From assembly GCF_030028105.1 (NCBI RefSeq), contig NC_092393.1, positions 33,457,248-33,521,247 on the forward strand: a stretch of DNA of 64,000 nucleotides, in the 5' to 3' direction. Numbering within the stretch: position 1 is the stretch's first letter; every line of letters begins with the position of its first letter. Source of the stretch: Mobula birostris. Lineage: Eukaryota. The position numbers and the translations under genes were made by a program. Under the pieces are notes generated by a model that did no database searches, was not told the DNA's origin, and saw only the letters and a list, made by a program, of their open reading frames with translations. Shown piece by piece: positions 38,830-50,719 of the stretch.

Positions 38830-39170
38830 CAGACAGTTATTGCACACAAACAGGCCCTTTGCCTGAAAGGAACATGCTGACTATAAACCACCTATTTACA
38901 CTAATCCTACTCTAATAATGATTGTCTCTGTAGATCTCCCCACGTTCTCATCAACTCCCTCTTGACTCTACCGTGCACCTGCACATTAGAGGCAATTAGT
39001 GGCCAATTAACTAAGGGCTTGATGTGTGAGGAAACTGGAGCACCCAGAGGAAATCTGCATGGTTATTGGGAAAACAAGCAAACCCCACACTGCCAGCACC
39101 CAGAGTCAAAAATGAACACAGGTCTCCGACATTGTGAAGCTGCTCACAGTGACTCCTAACTGCACCTCTT
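38830..39170 (-). mobile_element. Eroded V-SINE
   Basis: aggaaactggagcacccagaggaaatctgcatgg (~39029-39062) is the reverse V-domain. Confidence 0.7.
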
Positions 39171-39400
39171 TGCTAGCCCCACTGAACAGTGTGCATTGTC
39201 CCAACCTTAGTCAAAGCAAACTCACAAGTAACTACAGAGAGGATTGAGGTTTCATAAGAATAGTCCAGATTTGAAGAGCAATGCTCTTCAAGAGAGAACC
39301 AACACTAAAGCACTCAGAGCTAGGTCCCAAATCCAGGAACTTTAATCCTGATGACTGAGTAAAACCACTTGGTTTAGATAAAGGCTCTTCCTTTTTCATG

Positions 39401-40074
39401 AAAGTTGCTGGTGAACGCAGCAGGCCAGGCAGCATCTCTAGGAAGAGGTACAGTCCACGTTTCGGGCCGAGACACATTTTAATTCCACGTCCCATTCCCA
39501 TTCTGATATACCTATCCACGGCCTCCTCTACTGTCAAGATGAAGCCACACTCAGGTTGGAGGAACAGTACCTTATATTCCGTCTGGGTAGCCTCCAACCT
39601 GATGGCATGAACATTGACTTCTCAAACTTCCGCTAATGCCCCACCTCCCCGTCGTACCCCATCTGTTATTTATTTATTTATATACACACATTCTTTTTCT
39701 CTCTCTCTGTTTTCTCTCTCTGTCCCTCTCACTATACCCCTTGCCCATCCTCTGGGCTTTTCCCCCCTCCCCCTTTCTTTCTCCCTAGGCCTCCTGTCCC
39801 ATGATCCTCTCATATCCCTTTTGCCAATCAACTGTCCAGCTCTTGGCTCCATCCCTCCCCCTCCCATCTTCTCCTATCGTTTCGGATCTCCCCCTCCCTC
39901 TCCCACTTTCAAATCTCTTACTAGCTCTTCCTTCAGTTAGTCCTGACGAAGGGTCTCGGCCCGAAACGTCGACTGTACCTCTTCCTAGAGATGCTGCCTG
40001 GCCTGCTGCGTCCACCAGCAACTTTGATGTGTGTTGCTTGAAATTCCAGCATCTGCAGATTCCCTCGTGTTTGC
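39401..40074 (+). mobile_element. Short Neptune-type PLE: ~72-bp inverted 5' segment (39401-39473) + endonuclease end + pseudo-LTR
   Basis: Near-identical to 32714-33319 and 47394-47995; the first ~72 bp are the reverse complement of ~39953-40025. Confidence 0.95.
39939..39974 (+). ncRNA. Intact minimal type-I hammerhead ribozyme motif
   Basis: agtc CTGACGA a gggtc-tc-ggccc GAA ACGT C gact: stem I agtc/gact, stem II, palindromic ACGT stem III, GUC cleavage triplet ending at 39970. Confidence 0.85.
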
Positions 40075-42299
40075 CTCTCCCTTTTTCAGTTGGTGTCTCT
40101 TTCTCTTCCTGCTGATAACATATTTCACCTTGAGTACCACCAAAATATTTTTAAAGTCATATATCAATAAGCTAATAATTCATGGAGTAAATTCTTCCAC
40201 CATAATAAAGTAATTACTCGTTGAGTGGAGCAGGAAACTAAATTGAAAAGACCATTCATGAACTACAACATTATGAACTAATTTGTCGAGTCTGTATGAG
40301 CAATGGCTGAGAGCCCCTGTGCTATAATTGGAATGTTATTGACTCCCATTCAACATGATCCCAAAGTAAGTTGAATTTAAATTTGTAGCTGCAAGTCAAA
40401 TTGCTAATTTAAAAATGCAATAAATTACTGCTTATCACTTATAATGCATCATGAACAGCATAAAGTCATAAATTATGTATCTTGTCTTAAATATTCTCTT
40501 ACATACACTAGTACTGTTTGCACATAAATTGTCTGAATGTCCTATATTTAAAAGTGTTGTGACATTTATGCAAAGGTGATGTAAAATATGACCTTTCAAT
40601 TCTTTTAGATATCTGTTCTTAGACAAAAACTGCCAAAGGACTGACATTTATTTAATGAATTGTGGAAGTTACTTTCCTTCAAATTTTTAACAGCCTAATT
40701 ATTGAAATAGGAAATAATTATGAAGCGTGGTAAATCTGCAAGCAGACACTTCTTGTCAACTTCAGAAACCATCAAAGCACAGAGCAGGCAATTAGTAATC
40801 CCGCCATTACAGTAGTTGAAAGGTCAAAATCGTCTACATACCTAACATTTTGAAATATTACCTTTTAAAATTCTGGATGAATTCCAATTTTTATAACAGA
40901 ATGTGAACAATGCTATCAAAAGAGATGTTTGTTGTCTGCTCTGTTGAAAATTTATCTGCAGGATCATTAGATTTTCTCATAGTTCCAGCTGTTCTATATT
41001 TGATTAGAAGGCTATTTCAGAGAATTCGGCAATGATGGTTTCATAACGGATATAATTAAATCACACAGGAACTCTGATATTCAGGAAACTTATGACCATT
41101 ATATCTGCCTTAAATGCCTCAACTCCAAAGCACCCACATTGCTGAAGTCCTTTGTTTTGCAATTCAGTTTTACTGAATATCTGAAGTGGAACTGCAATGC
41201 ACTTTAATTATATTACAGGATACCTATCTATAAACCGGATAATATCATGTTTGTATTAAATAATGAAATGATGCTTCCAAAGGAAGAATTTATTAAATTA
41301 ATACTATAATACTATATTTAGAATGTTTTTAACCCCTTCATTTACATTCTTATTTGGTGCAATATTTCCTGGTGAGTTATCTATATTGCGCCGAATGAAT
41401 CAACCCCAGTAGTCCACAAAATTATCATCAGATAACTGGCAAAATCTACTAATTTCCCCTCATCTTTCTTGACTCTATTCGTCATGTGAGTTGCCTGATA
41501 ATAGAGGATCAGAATGTTTGGTAAACCTTTTAGTGTTGAAATGGTAGAAATTTTACCAAGCATGCAAAACCGAACATCCATCATTGAATCATAGTTTCCA
41601 AGAGTGGGAATTAGACATGCAATCAAAACTGCAATACACAAATTTTTAAAATACTTTGGATGTACTGACAGCATTAAGCCACTTGACTTGTGCGAATGAA
41701 TTTTTTTTAAATGTTATTTTTGTACAAAGCAGACAACATCAAAATGCCCAAATCTGCTCACAGCTGCAAGTAAAGCTTTATGGTAGAAAGATGAGGGTAG
41801 AAAGGGGCAAGGATGTGGGATGAACTTAAATACACAAATATGAATTTTGAAGTTGAGTGAAGGAATGAGGAGTCTGAAGCCTTACAGCTTACTTTGGGAT
41901 AAAATACAAGCAGCAGAGGTTTGGATGAGTTGATTTTTGTGCAGTGTGGAAGAAGGCATACCAGCCAAATATTAGAATAGTTTCACCTGAAGGTGGCAGA
42001 ATCACAGATGAGATTTCAGCAGCAGATGGGCTATCACTGGAACAAAGACATGACATGGAGTTGCAATTAATGCCTTTAATGAATTTGTAATAAATTTGGA
42101 TCTGCCTTCAATTACATACTACTGAAAATCAATATAAATTTGATGGTGTTCTCTCTGTAATCTAAAAGTCCTCCATGCATGAGTCTCATTAATATTTTAC
42201 ACAGGGGTATTTCCATGTAATGTAATTTACAATGATATTTATAATAATTTTGAACTGAGAACATTACTTTCTTAGCCAATCCCTCAAGAACGATTTTCA

Positions 42300-42872
42300 C
42301 TCCACTCAAGTTTTGTGGACCTTGAGGAGGCTAAGGAGGCCAGTGTGAAAACTAGAAGTGGAGAATCTGTAGCTGGCGATGGTTTGTGAGTTGGTCCACT
42401 CTTTCTAGTTAATGCAGAGCCTTTACGTATCATGTGCATGGTCCTGAGGTGTTCAATATCATTCCCAGTGCTCCCTCTCCACTTTTAATCTTATCAAGTG
42501 ACAGAAGTTCCCAAGAGTCAGTAGTGACGTTGCACTTCTTCAAGATGGCTTTCAGCACATCCTTGAACTTTTTTCCTCTATCCACCTGGTAATACCTTTC
42601 AATAACAGATTTCAGGGAACTTCAGCACAGAGGCGAGTAGAAGTCACTGCTGCATTGAAGGAGGTGGCTCACAAAATCAGGAGATAGTCCCATTTTCCAG
42701 GATCTTACATGAAGCTTAATTGTCAGAGGGTTTTGTGATGCAGGAGGGGCAGGTTGGTCGAGGATCTTGTAGGTATTGAAAGCAAGGCTCACCCTTTCAT
42801 GTGCTTCAGTGTAAGTGTCAATAATGTCAACAAACTTGGCCTCTGAGCACACGTCTATCTAGCAGCATGTTG
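42300..42872 (-). mobile_element. Old RTE-BovB-like LINE, 3' part (continues at 47996-48190)
   Basis: SEAKFVDIIDTYTEAHERVSLAFN..QPAP and GG*RKKFKDVLKAILKKCNVTTDSWE. Confidence 0.75.
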
Positions 42873-42999
42873 ACCCCACCACTTTATTTTCACCATGGAT
42901 GTCCAGTCCCTATATACTTCCATCCCCCATCAGAAAGGTCTCAAAGCTCTCCGCTTCTTTTTGGATTCCAGACCTAACCAGTTCCCCTCTAGCACCACT

Positions 43000-45900
43000 A
43001 CTACTACTACTACATCGACTCAGGCCTAGGGGGCTGGCGTCAGGCATGATGACGGACTCTCCACTTCTCCCTCTCCCTCATCACTGTGTTCAGTTCATCT
43101 ACATTAGCTGCGCCACTGTCTTCTAGGAGCAATTTGACCATAGTCTTGGGAGGGCACCCAGGGTTCATCCTCCCATGCTTGGGCTCCCATATGATGACTA
43201 GCAACACTCAGTGGAGAGCATCGGTAGGTTGTTATAGAGCTCAACATTCGTCATGTACTGTTGCCAACTCACATCAAGAGCCATCCGGAGCATTCGTGTG
43301 TAGCAACCATCTAGAGACTTTCACATCATCTTGGTGACTGTCCACATCTCGCATTCGTACATGAGAATGGACTCTATGACTGCTATGAAAATCCCCTTTT
43401 TAAGCCCTCTGGTCAGGTTCGACTTCCAGATTTCCTTCGTGTCGTTCATAGCCCTCCACACCAGCGCCTTCCATATCTTTATATCCTTCTCTGACCTCAT
43501 CATTCTTGACCCAAGGTACCTGTAGTCAAAGACTTTCTTAATGCTATCATTCTCTACGGTCTTGAGAGTACCTTCATCGCAGTTAAACGCCATGTACTCT
43601 GTCTTTTTAGCATTTAGGTGAAGTCCAACTTTATTGCATTCTATTTCCACTTTTGTCAGTAGCTGCTGTGCTTCCTCCATCTGAGCAGGACTATGTCATC
43701 TGCAAAATCGAGATCTGTGAGTGTAACTGGTCTGACCATTTTGGTTCGCCCTGGTTCTATGGTAAAAACCAAGCTTGTCATGATCTTTGGTAGCTTGACG
43801 TAGAGCGTAATCAAGGACGATTATAAAGGTGTAGGGTGCCAGATTATCTCCTTGCAGCACACCAGCTAGGAGCTCGAACTCTGCTGTTTCTCCGTCCGGT
43901 GATACAACTTTCGCCATGGTTTTGGTATAGCTGGACTCTATTGCTCTCAGTAGATGGTCTGGCACTCTGTAAGCTTTCAGGATCTTCAGCATTTTACCTT
44001 GGTGAATGGAGTCAAAAGCTTTGCGAAAATCAATGTAAGTAAGCACGGCTGGTAGGTTGTTCTTCTTGACTTCCTCGATGATCCTACGGAGAGCAAGTAT
44101 TTGCATTACTGGTGTGCGCTTCTGCCGAAAACCATTCTGATTGAATCTTAGCTTAGGGTCAATGGCAGTGCGAATCCTGTTCAAGATCATCCGATTGTAT
44201 AGCATTGCTAAGATGCAAGTCAAGCTGATACCGCGGTAGTTATCTGTCTTTGTGAGGGATCCAGACTTGGGGACTGGGATAATGTTTGAGAGTGACCACT
44301 GTTCTGGTTTGTCGCCTTTCATCAGTGCCGTATTACATATATAAGATGTCATCTAGGTCGCAGTTCTTCAGGACATCCGGCGGTATCCCATCTGCTCCAG
44401 CACTCCTGCCCTGTTTGAGTGCATATTTGACCTTCTTCAGTTCCTCAATGGTGAATGGGCTGTCATCGATGTCGACTTGCGTTAGTATCATGGGTATGTC
44501 CTCTTCTTCTTCCGTGATCGTTGAAGGGCTTCCCAGCAGGTTCTTAAAGTGGGTAAACCATGTCAGGACACGGTCCTCTGCTGCTTTACCACTTATTTGA
44601 CCTAATGGGGACTTCTTCCATCTACTGATCTCATTGACTTGGTGCCATGCTTCTCCATGCTGCATGTCTTCATTAGCAGCTTCTATCTCTCTAACCCTCT
44701 CAGCTAGTTCCTCTTCCTTCAGTTGGTCGTAGGTGGCAAAGAGATTCTTCTTTGCTGTCCTGAATTTGTCTCTGAGCTCTTCTGTTTCGCTCCTTCTAAG
44801 TTCCGCATGACAAGCATTGACCACACTTCTTGCTGAGACGACGTCAGGATGGTTCGAGATCCGACTCTTCTTGATTTGCTTCACAGTAGGCAAACTCTTT
44901 GTTGCATCTGTGTGTGCGTCTATGAGCCATTGATAGCGGTCGGTGGCAGTCTCTTCCTCCCTGCTTTCCAGTGGGCCGAAGCGATTTCTCACCTCCACTG
45001 TGTACTGAGCTTGAAGAACAGGTTGTGAGGAGAATGCCTTCCTGTCTATCTTCTCCTTGGGACCTGTGGCTTTGGGTTGCCGCAGGCTCGGTCTCACTTG
45101 CATTGACACTACCCTGTGATCAGAACTGACCGAGTTGAAGGTGCTGTAGGCTTCTGTGTTGATCACACAATTACACCATTTTGTTCTTACGAGGATGTAA
45201 TCGAGCTGTTTCCTGTAGATGGAGGCTCTGTTTTCATATATCCACAATTTACCAGCTCGCTTCTTGAATTGTGTGTTGGCGGCAATGAGACTGTGTTCTT
45301 GGATGAAATCAACTAGATATTGTCCATTTCTGTTGGTAAAGTCTTGGTATAAGTATGGAACATCTTCCAGTCTGACCTGGGCATTAAAATCGCCGAGCAC
45401 AGCCAGGAAGTTATGTGCCGGTATTGAAGTGACAGCTTTGTGAAGTTTACTGTAGAAGGCCTCCACCTCCTTCTCCTCGCTGAATTTGTGCGGGGAGTAA
45501 CAGATGATGACAGAGGTCGCCGGGTTTCCGTCAAATTCGGCAGTAAAGATTCTGTCACTGACTGAGACTACACCCCTCAGTGCCTCCTTCGCCTTGCAGT
45601 TCAACATCAGCCCTACTCCACCTTGTGCTGACATCGTCGTCGGCTCTCTCCATGCAGACAAGGTGATGAGGTGCATCCCCTCTACCTCTGTAAACCTTAT
45701 CTCTTTGTCAGGGTGTACATGACGGTGTTCTTGGATCCCCAGGATGGAGATCTAGTAGCTGCTTGCCTGTGATGCCAACTCTGTGCATCGAGGCAAGAGG
45801 CGGATGGTGTTTGTGTTGAAGGTTGAGATGATTGTTTTTACCTTACAACGCAAAAGAGATGCAGTTCGTTCAGCCCCCTTGTCGGACTCAACCCTCCCCA

Positions 45901-46290
45901 TGGGGTTTGAGGTTGCATCTTCATACTGCCTGTCTCGGCCAGGGTCTGGGCGTTCCGTGGAGTTCCTGAGCACTCCCAGCTCTGGAAGTGTAGGGTTTGT
46001 TGGGTTGTCTGGCATCATAATGCCTTACAAGGCGCGAAACGAAAGACTGTGTGACGCGCCATCCCTCACACAGACAGTAGGTGGCCGTTGACTCACAAAG
46101 AGTTCATCTGCCCTTTGACAGGTTTTGTTTTTAGTCCTGCTGGGTGCCTACACACCCTCCTCCCTGGTTAACCGAAGTGCACCGGGGGTGTGCCGGTTGA
46201 GTCGCCGACAACCCGACCTGAGACAGGACTACAGGGAGACAGGGTAGTACTGGGCTACGTGGTACCAGTAGCAAGGCAAGGCCCTGACCT
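43000..46290 (-). mobile_element. Full-length RTE-clade LINE (~3.3 kb) with 14-bp TSD
   Basis: 5' UTR 46019-46290, ATG 46018, APE (GIQEH, GGVGLML, LGDFNA, QLDYIL, SDH) and RT (NYRGISL, DFRKAFDSI, GVLQGD, DFADD, YLGS). (TAG)n tail at 43000-43012. TSD cctctagcaccact 42986-42999 / cctctaccaccact 46291-46304. Confidence 0.95.
43020..46018 (-). pseudogene. Disrupted single RTE EN-RT ORF
   Basis: Track ORFs 45752-46018, 44333-45676, 43696-44352 and 43321-43680 are joined by stops/frameshifts; apparent small deletion near 43205. Confidence 0.9.
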
Positions 46291-46388
46291 CCTCTACCAC
46301 CACTCAGCTCCAACTAGCGGAATTAGTCCTTACTCTTAATAATTTCTCCTTTAGCTCCTCTCACTTCCTCTAAACTAAAGGTGTAGCT

Positions 46389-47559
46389 ATGGGCACCCAT
46401 ATGGGTCCTAGCTATGCCTGCCTTTTTGTTGGGTTTGTGGAACAATCTATGTACCAAACCTATTCTGGTATCTGCCCCCCACTTTTCCTTCGCTACATCG
46501 ATGACTGCATTGGCGCTGCTTCCTGCACGCATGCTGAGCTCATTGACTTCATTAACTTTGCCTCCAACTTTCACCCTGCCCTCAAGTTTACCTTGTCCAT
46601 TTCCGACACCTCCCTCCCCTTTCTAGATCTTTCTGTCTCTATCTCTGAAGACAGCTTATCTACTGATGTCTACTATAAGCCTACTGACTCTCACAGCTAT
46701 CTGGATTATTCCTCCTCTCACCTTGTCTCTTGCAAAAACGCCATCCCCTTCTCGCAATTCCTCCATCTCCGCTGCATCTGCTCTCAGGATGAGGCTTTTC
46801 ATTCAGGACGAAGGAGATGTCCTCCTTTTTTAAAGAAAGGGGCTTCCCTTCCTCCACCATCAACTCTGCTCTCAAAAGCATCTCCCCCATTTCATGCACA
46901 TCTGCTCTCACTCCATCCTCCTGCCACCCCACTAGGAATAGGGTTCCCCTTGCCCTCACCTACCACCCCACCAGCCTCCAGGTCCAACATATTATTCTCC
47001 GTAACTTCCGCCACCTCCAACAGGATCCCACCACTAAGCACATTTTTTCCTCCCCCGCTCTCTGCTTTCCACAGGGATCGCTCCCTACGTGACTCCTTTG
47101 TCCATTCGTCCCCCTCCATCCCTCTCCACCGACCTCCCTCCTGGCAATCATCCTTGTAAGCGGAACAAGTGCTACACATGCCCTTACACTTCCTCCCTTA
47201 CCACCATTCAGGGCCCCAGACAGTCCTTCCAGGTGAGGCGACACTTCACCTGTGAGTCGGCTGGGGTGATATACTGCGTCCGGTGCTCCCGATGTGGCCT
47301 TCTATATATTGGTGAGACCCGACGCAGACTGGGAGATCATTTCGCTGAACACCTATGCTCTGTCCGCCAGAGAAAGCAGGATCTCCCAGTGGCCACACAT
47401 TTTAATTCCACTTCCCATTCCCATTCTGATATATCTATCCACGGCCTCCTCTGCTGTCAAGATGAAGCCACACTCAGGTTGGAGGAACAACACCTTATAT
47501 TCCTTCTGGGTAGCCTCCAACCTGATGGCACGAACATTGACTTCTCAAACTTCCGCTAA
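46389..47559 (+). pseudogene. Disrupted PLE RT/GIY-YIG endonuclease ORF
   Basis: ORFs 46389-47159, 46817-47092 and 47089-47559 are frameshifted pieces of one ORF ending NIDFSNFR*. Confidence 0.9.
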
Positions 47560-47859
47560 TGCCCCACCTCCCCCTCGTACCCCATCCGTTATTTATTTAT
47601 ATACACACATTCTTTTTCTCTCTCTCCTTTTTCTCCCTCTGTCCCTCTCACTATACCCCCTGCCTATCCTCTGGGGTTTATCCCCCCTCCCCCTTTTCTT
47701 TCTCCCTAGGCCTCCTGTCCCATGATCCTCTCATATCCCTTTTGCCAATCAACTGTCCAGCTCTTGGCTGCATCCCTCCCCCTCCTGTCTTCCCCTATCA
47801 TTTCAGATCTCACCCTCCCCCTCCCACTTTCAAATCTCTTACTAGCTCTTCTTTCAGTT

Positions 47860-47895
47860 AGTCCTGACGAAGGGTCTCGGCCCAAAACGTTGACT
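47860..47895 (+). ncRNA. Minimal hammerhead ribozyme motif, G12>A mutant
   Basis: agtc CTGACGA a gggtctcggccc AAAA cgtt gact. Confidence 0.7.
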
Positions 47896-47995
47896 GTACC
47901 TCTTCCTAGGGATGCTGCCTGGCCTGCTGCGTTCACGAGCAACTTTTATTTGTGTTGCTTGAAATTCCAGCATCTGCAGATTTCCTCGTGTTTGC

Positions 47996-48190
47996 ATGAT
48001 GACTGAGGTCTAGTTAAACCAGGATCTGGAGTGTAGTTGCTATAGATTGAGCAATTTCTCAATACTTCCACTGCTGCAGCAAGTTTACTGAAAGTGGGAT
48101 ACAACATTGCAGCAAGGAAAATTAAGGAATGTGTTGGAGCAATGAAGTTGCTTGATCTGTTTGACACTGATCTTCACTGAGAATGGTTCT
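47996..48190 (-). mobile_element. Old RTE-BovB-like LINE, upstream RT part
   Basis: IAPTHSLIFLAAML..SKLAAAVE (cf. GCVIAPTLFSIFLAAML..KLPAGVE), ending TSVI just before the YADD-equivalent found at ~42860. Confidence 0.7.
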
Positions 48191-48289
48191 GTTAAGACCC
48201 CACTGGTTAATCAGGTTCTGATATAGAGCAACTATAAGATGGAGATGAATTTCTATGGGTAACTGAATTTGAGAAGATTCACATAATTA

Positions 48290-49080
48290 AGAAAAGGATG
48301 AGGAGAAATATTGTGTCTCAAAGGGTGAAGAATCTTCATAGTTCTCTTTCCAATCACTGAATATATTCAAACAAAAATAATCAGACGTTTAACTGGAAGT
48401 GAGGCGAGAGTTATGGAGAGAGAGTCATGAAGGACTCTTTATTTTATTTATCTCATTAAGAATCATCACCATCTGGGACATGCCATCTTCTCATTACTAT
48501 GATCAGGGAGAGGTACATCCCCTCCGATATCAGATTTCAGAAGAGTCCATGAACACTACTTCAGTATTCCTCTTTTGCGCTATTTATTTTTGTTGTAACT
48601 TAGTGATTTTATGTATTGCACTGTACTGCTGCCACAGAACTACAAATTTCACAACATACGTCAGTGATAATAAACCTGATTCTGAAGACAAATGAAACTG
48701 CAGGTTCTGTAATCTTGAACAAAACAGAATTCTGAAATAACGCAGCATATCAAGCAACTTCTAAGGAGGCAAAAGATGTTAGCAGAAATTTTGAATCAAG
48801 ACCCTGCATAAGATCTGAGTGGGAAGATGAAGAATTGCCAGAATTTAATAGTACAAGGTAGTGGGGAGGGGGAATGATAGTGGTGTGGGTAGAGAAAGGA
48901 TGATTACTCATAGAGTTACAGAGTACTACAGTACAGAAACAGGCCCTTGCCGCACCTAGTCCATACTGAACTGTTATTCTCCCATATCCCATCAACCCCC
49001 ACCTGGTTCATAGCCTTCAACACCGCTCCCATCCATGTAGTTATCTAAACCTTTCTTAAATCTTACATTCAAACCAATGT
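48290..49080. mobile_element. Cluster of short fragments: CR1 (+, 48290-48430), Rex1 3' end (+, 48430-48685), eroded PLE pseudo-LTR (-, 48700-48830), CR1 3' end (-, 48905-49075)
   Basis: gatgaggagaaata..aagggtgaagaatct; gtgataataaacctgattctga; ttttgaatcaagaccctgcataaga; acagaaacaggcccttgc. Confidence 0.65.
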
Positions 49081-50719
49081 CCCAAAATTAGATGATAGGA
49101 GGAATTTAATGGGGTGGTGATGATGAACAGGTGTAATTAGATGGGGGAGGTAAATGGGAGGGATGAATAAAGAAAGAAGAAAACAAGTTCACATATAAGG
49201 ACTGTATGTGGGAGAGCACTGGGAGTGTGCTTGAAATAAATTCATGATCTTACGAATGTTGCAATAGGCTTGAGGATCTGTTTGTCCTCTTCCTGCTCCT
49301 TATTTACTGTTTACCAGAAAAAAAGGCTACAGATGATTTTGTACTGTAGCACAAATTCTTGAATTAAAAAAAAAGACAATTCTTCTGTTCATGCTTTCTG
49401 TTGAAATCATGAAAAAAAATCTTTTGTATCCACGTTCAAGTTCAGGTTTAACTTTATTGTCATTTTAGCCAAATGAAACTATGTTCCTCCGGACTAAGGT
49501 GCCCAACACACAGAACACATAAAGTAATATTACCACAAATAAATTTACAAATAATAAGGTGCATCTACATCACAGATTAATAAAGTAAATAGTATAACAG
49601 TACAGGTGCTTCCTATGTGGTTAATTTTCATGAATACTTAAAATGTATACTTTATATGAAATTAAATTGACACAACCTTTTGCACTTTGTTTATAGTGGA
49701 ATTTATGTATTAGGAGTTTTACAACTGTCAACTTTAGCTTGCTTGAAACCTCCTTGAGTAATTTTAACATTTTTCAACTACCACTTTTCCTGATATAAGC
49801 ACATGAAAAATAGATTATTTGACAGAATTGAGTCATAAATATAGTCCTGCATACATCCTGCAAGATTTACTGTTGTTGTTAGTTCTGTTGTATGATCTCT
49901 TCTCCTTCATCTCTAGAGATGCCCTTTATTGGTCAGAAGCAGAATAAATGGCAACAGTATAGAAGGAGAATTTTCTTGTCTGTGACTATTCATGTCAGCT
50001 CAAACGTGAAGTTACTGACAGAGCCGATTTGGGAACTCGACTGCCTGCCACTGCGTTTGCAGCAAAGAATGAAGATAGATTTTTTAAAAAATGTCTGTCT
50101 TGATAAGCTCAACCAATTTAATTTACAAGATTCACAAAAGAAATGCTTACACTCCCACTTAAAATAGCCTTTTATATATACAGAGAGAGTGAATGCAAAA
50201 CATCATAAGCAGTGATCCCGAACAGACGACAATGACCATTTTAGGAACATTGCCTCAGTGGTCTCAAAATAACTTCTTTGCTGACAGGACTATTGCTTGC
50301 AATTTCCACAATTTCATTCCCTTCTACAGTTCTTACTTTCCACTTAAGCATTAACTCCTCAGCATCTTAAATAATTGGTTTCAACTGAGCCACACAGAAG
50401 AGGTGTTGGATCTCCTAGTACAAAAAAAAAATGGCTGTCAGTAAGTAAGGATTGTACTTGTGTGTGCAAGTGGACAGTGCAAATCATTTGTCCTTTGACC
50501 ATTTCATACATACTATATGTAATACACATCCTTGGTATTTTTTTTACAAAATCACCAAATGATATTTAAAGATGTTATCATCCCTAGTATTTTTAATAAT
50601 CATGGCTTTAGTGACACTGTAATTGGAGTATTGTTCATAAACCTGATTTCTGCAGTCTTAGTTCACTGGTTTCTGTAGAATCTGGCAGTTCCCTGAGGAG
50701 ATATTAAATTTATTAGACC

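Larger units (their letters stand above)
42873..47995 (+). mobile_element. 5'-truncated Neptune-type Penelope-like element (RT + GIY-YIG + pseudo-LTR), split by an RTE insertion
   Basis: FTMDVQSLYTSIPH (~42890-42930) continues after 46304 into GVAMGTHMGPSYA, FLRYIDDCIG, the Cys linker PCKRNKCYTCPY and GVIYCVRCSRCGLLYIGET. Confidence 0.95.

Noticed and set aside
31324-47942. Recurrent Pro/Ser-rich ORFs (MTSQTSANAPP.., MILSYPFCQ.., MLVNAAGQAAS..) that look like a small gene family
   Set aside because: They are incidental frames of the pyrimidine-rich PLE pseudo-LTR repeated in four copies; no protein motif.
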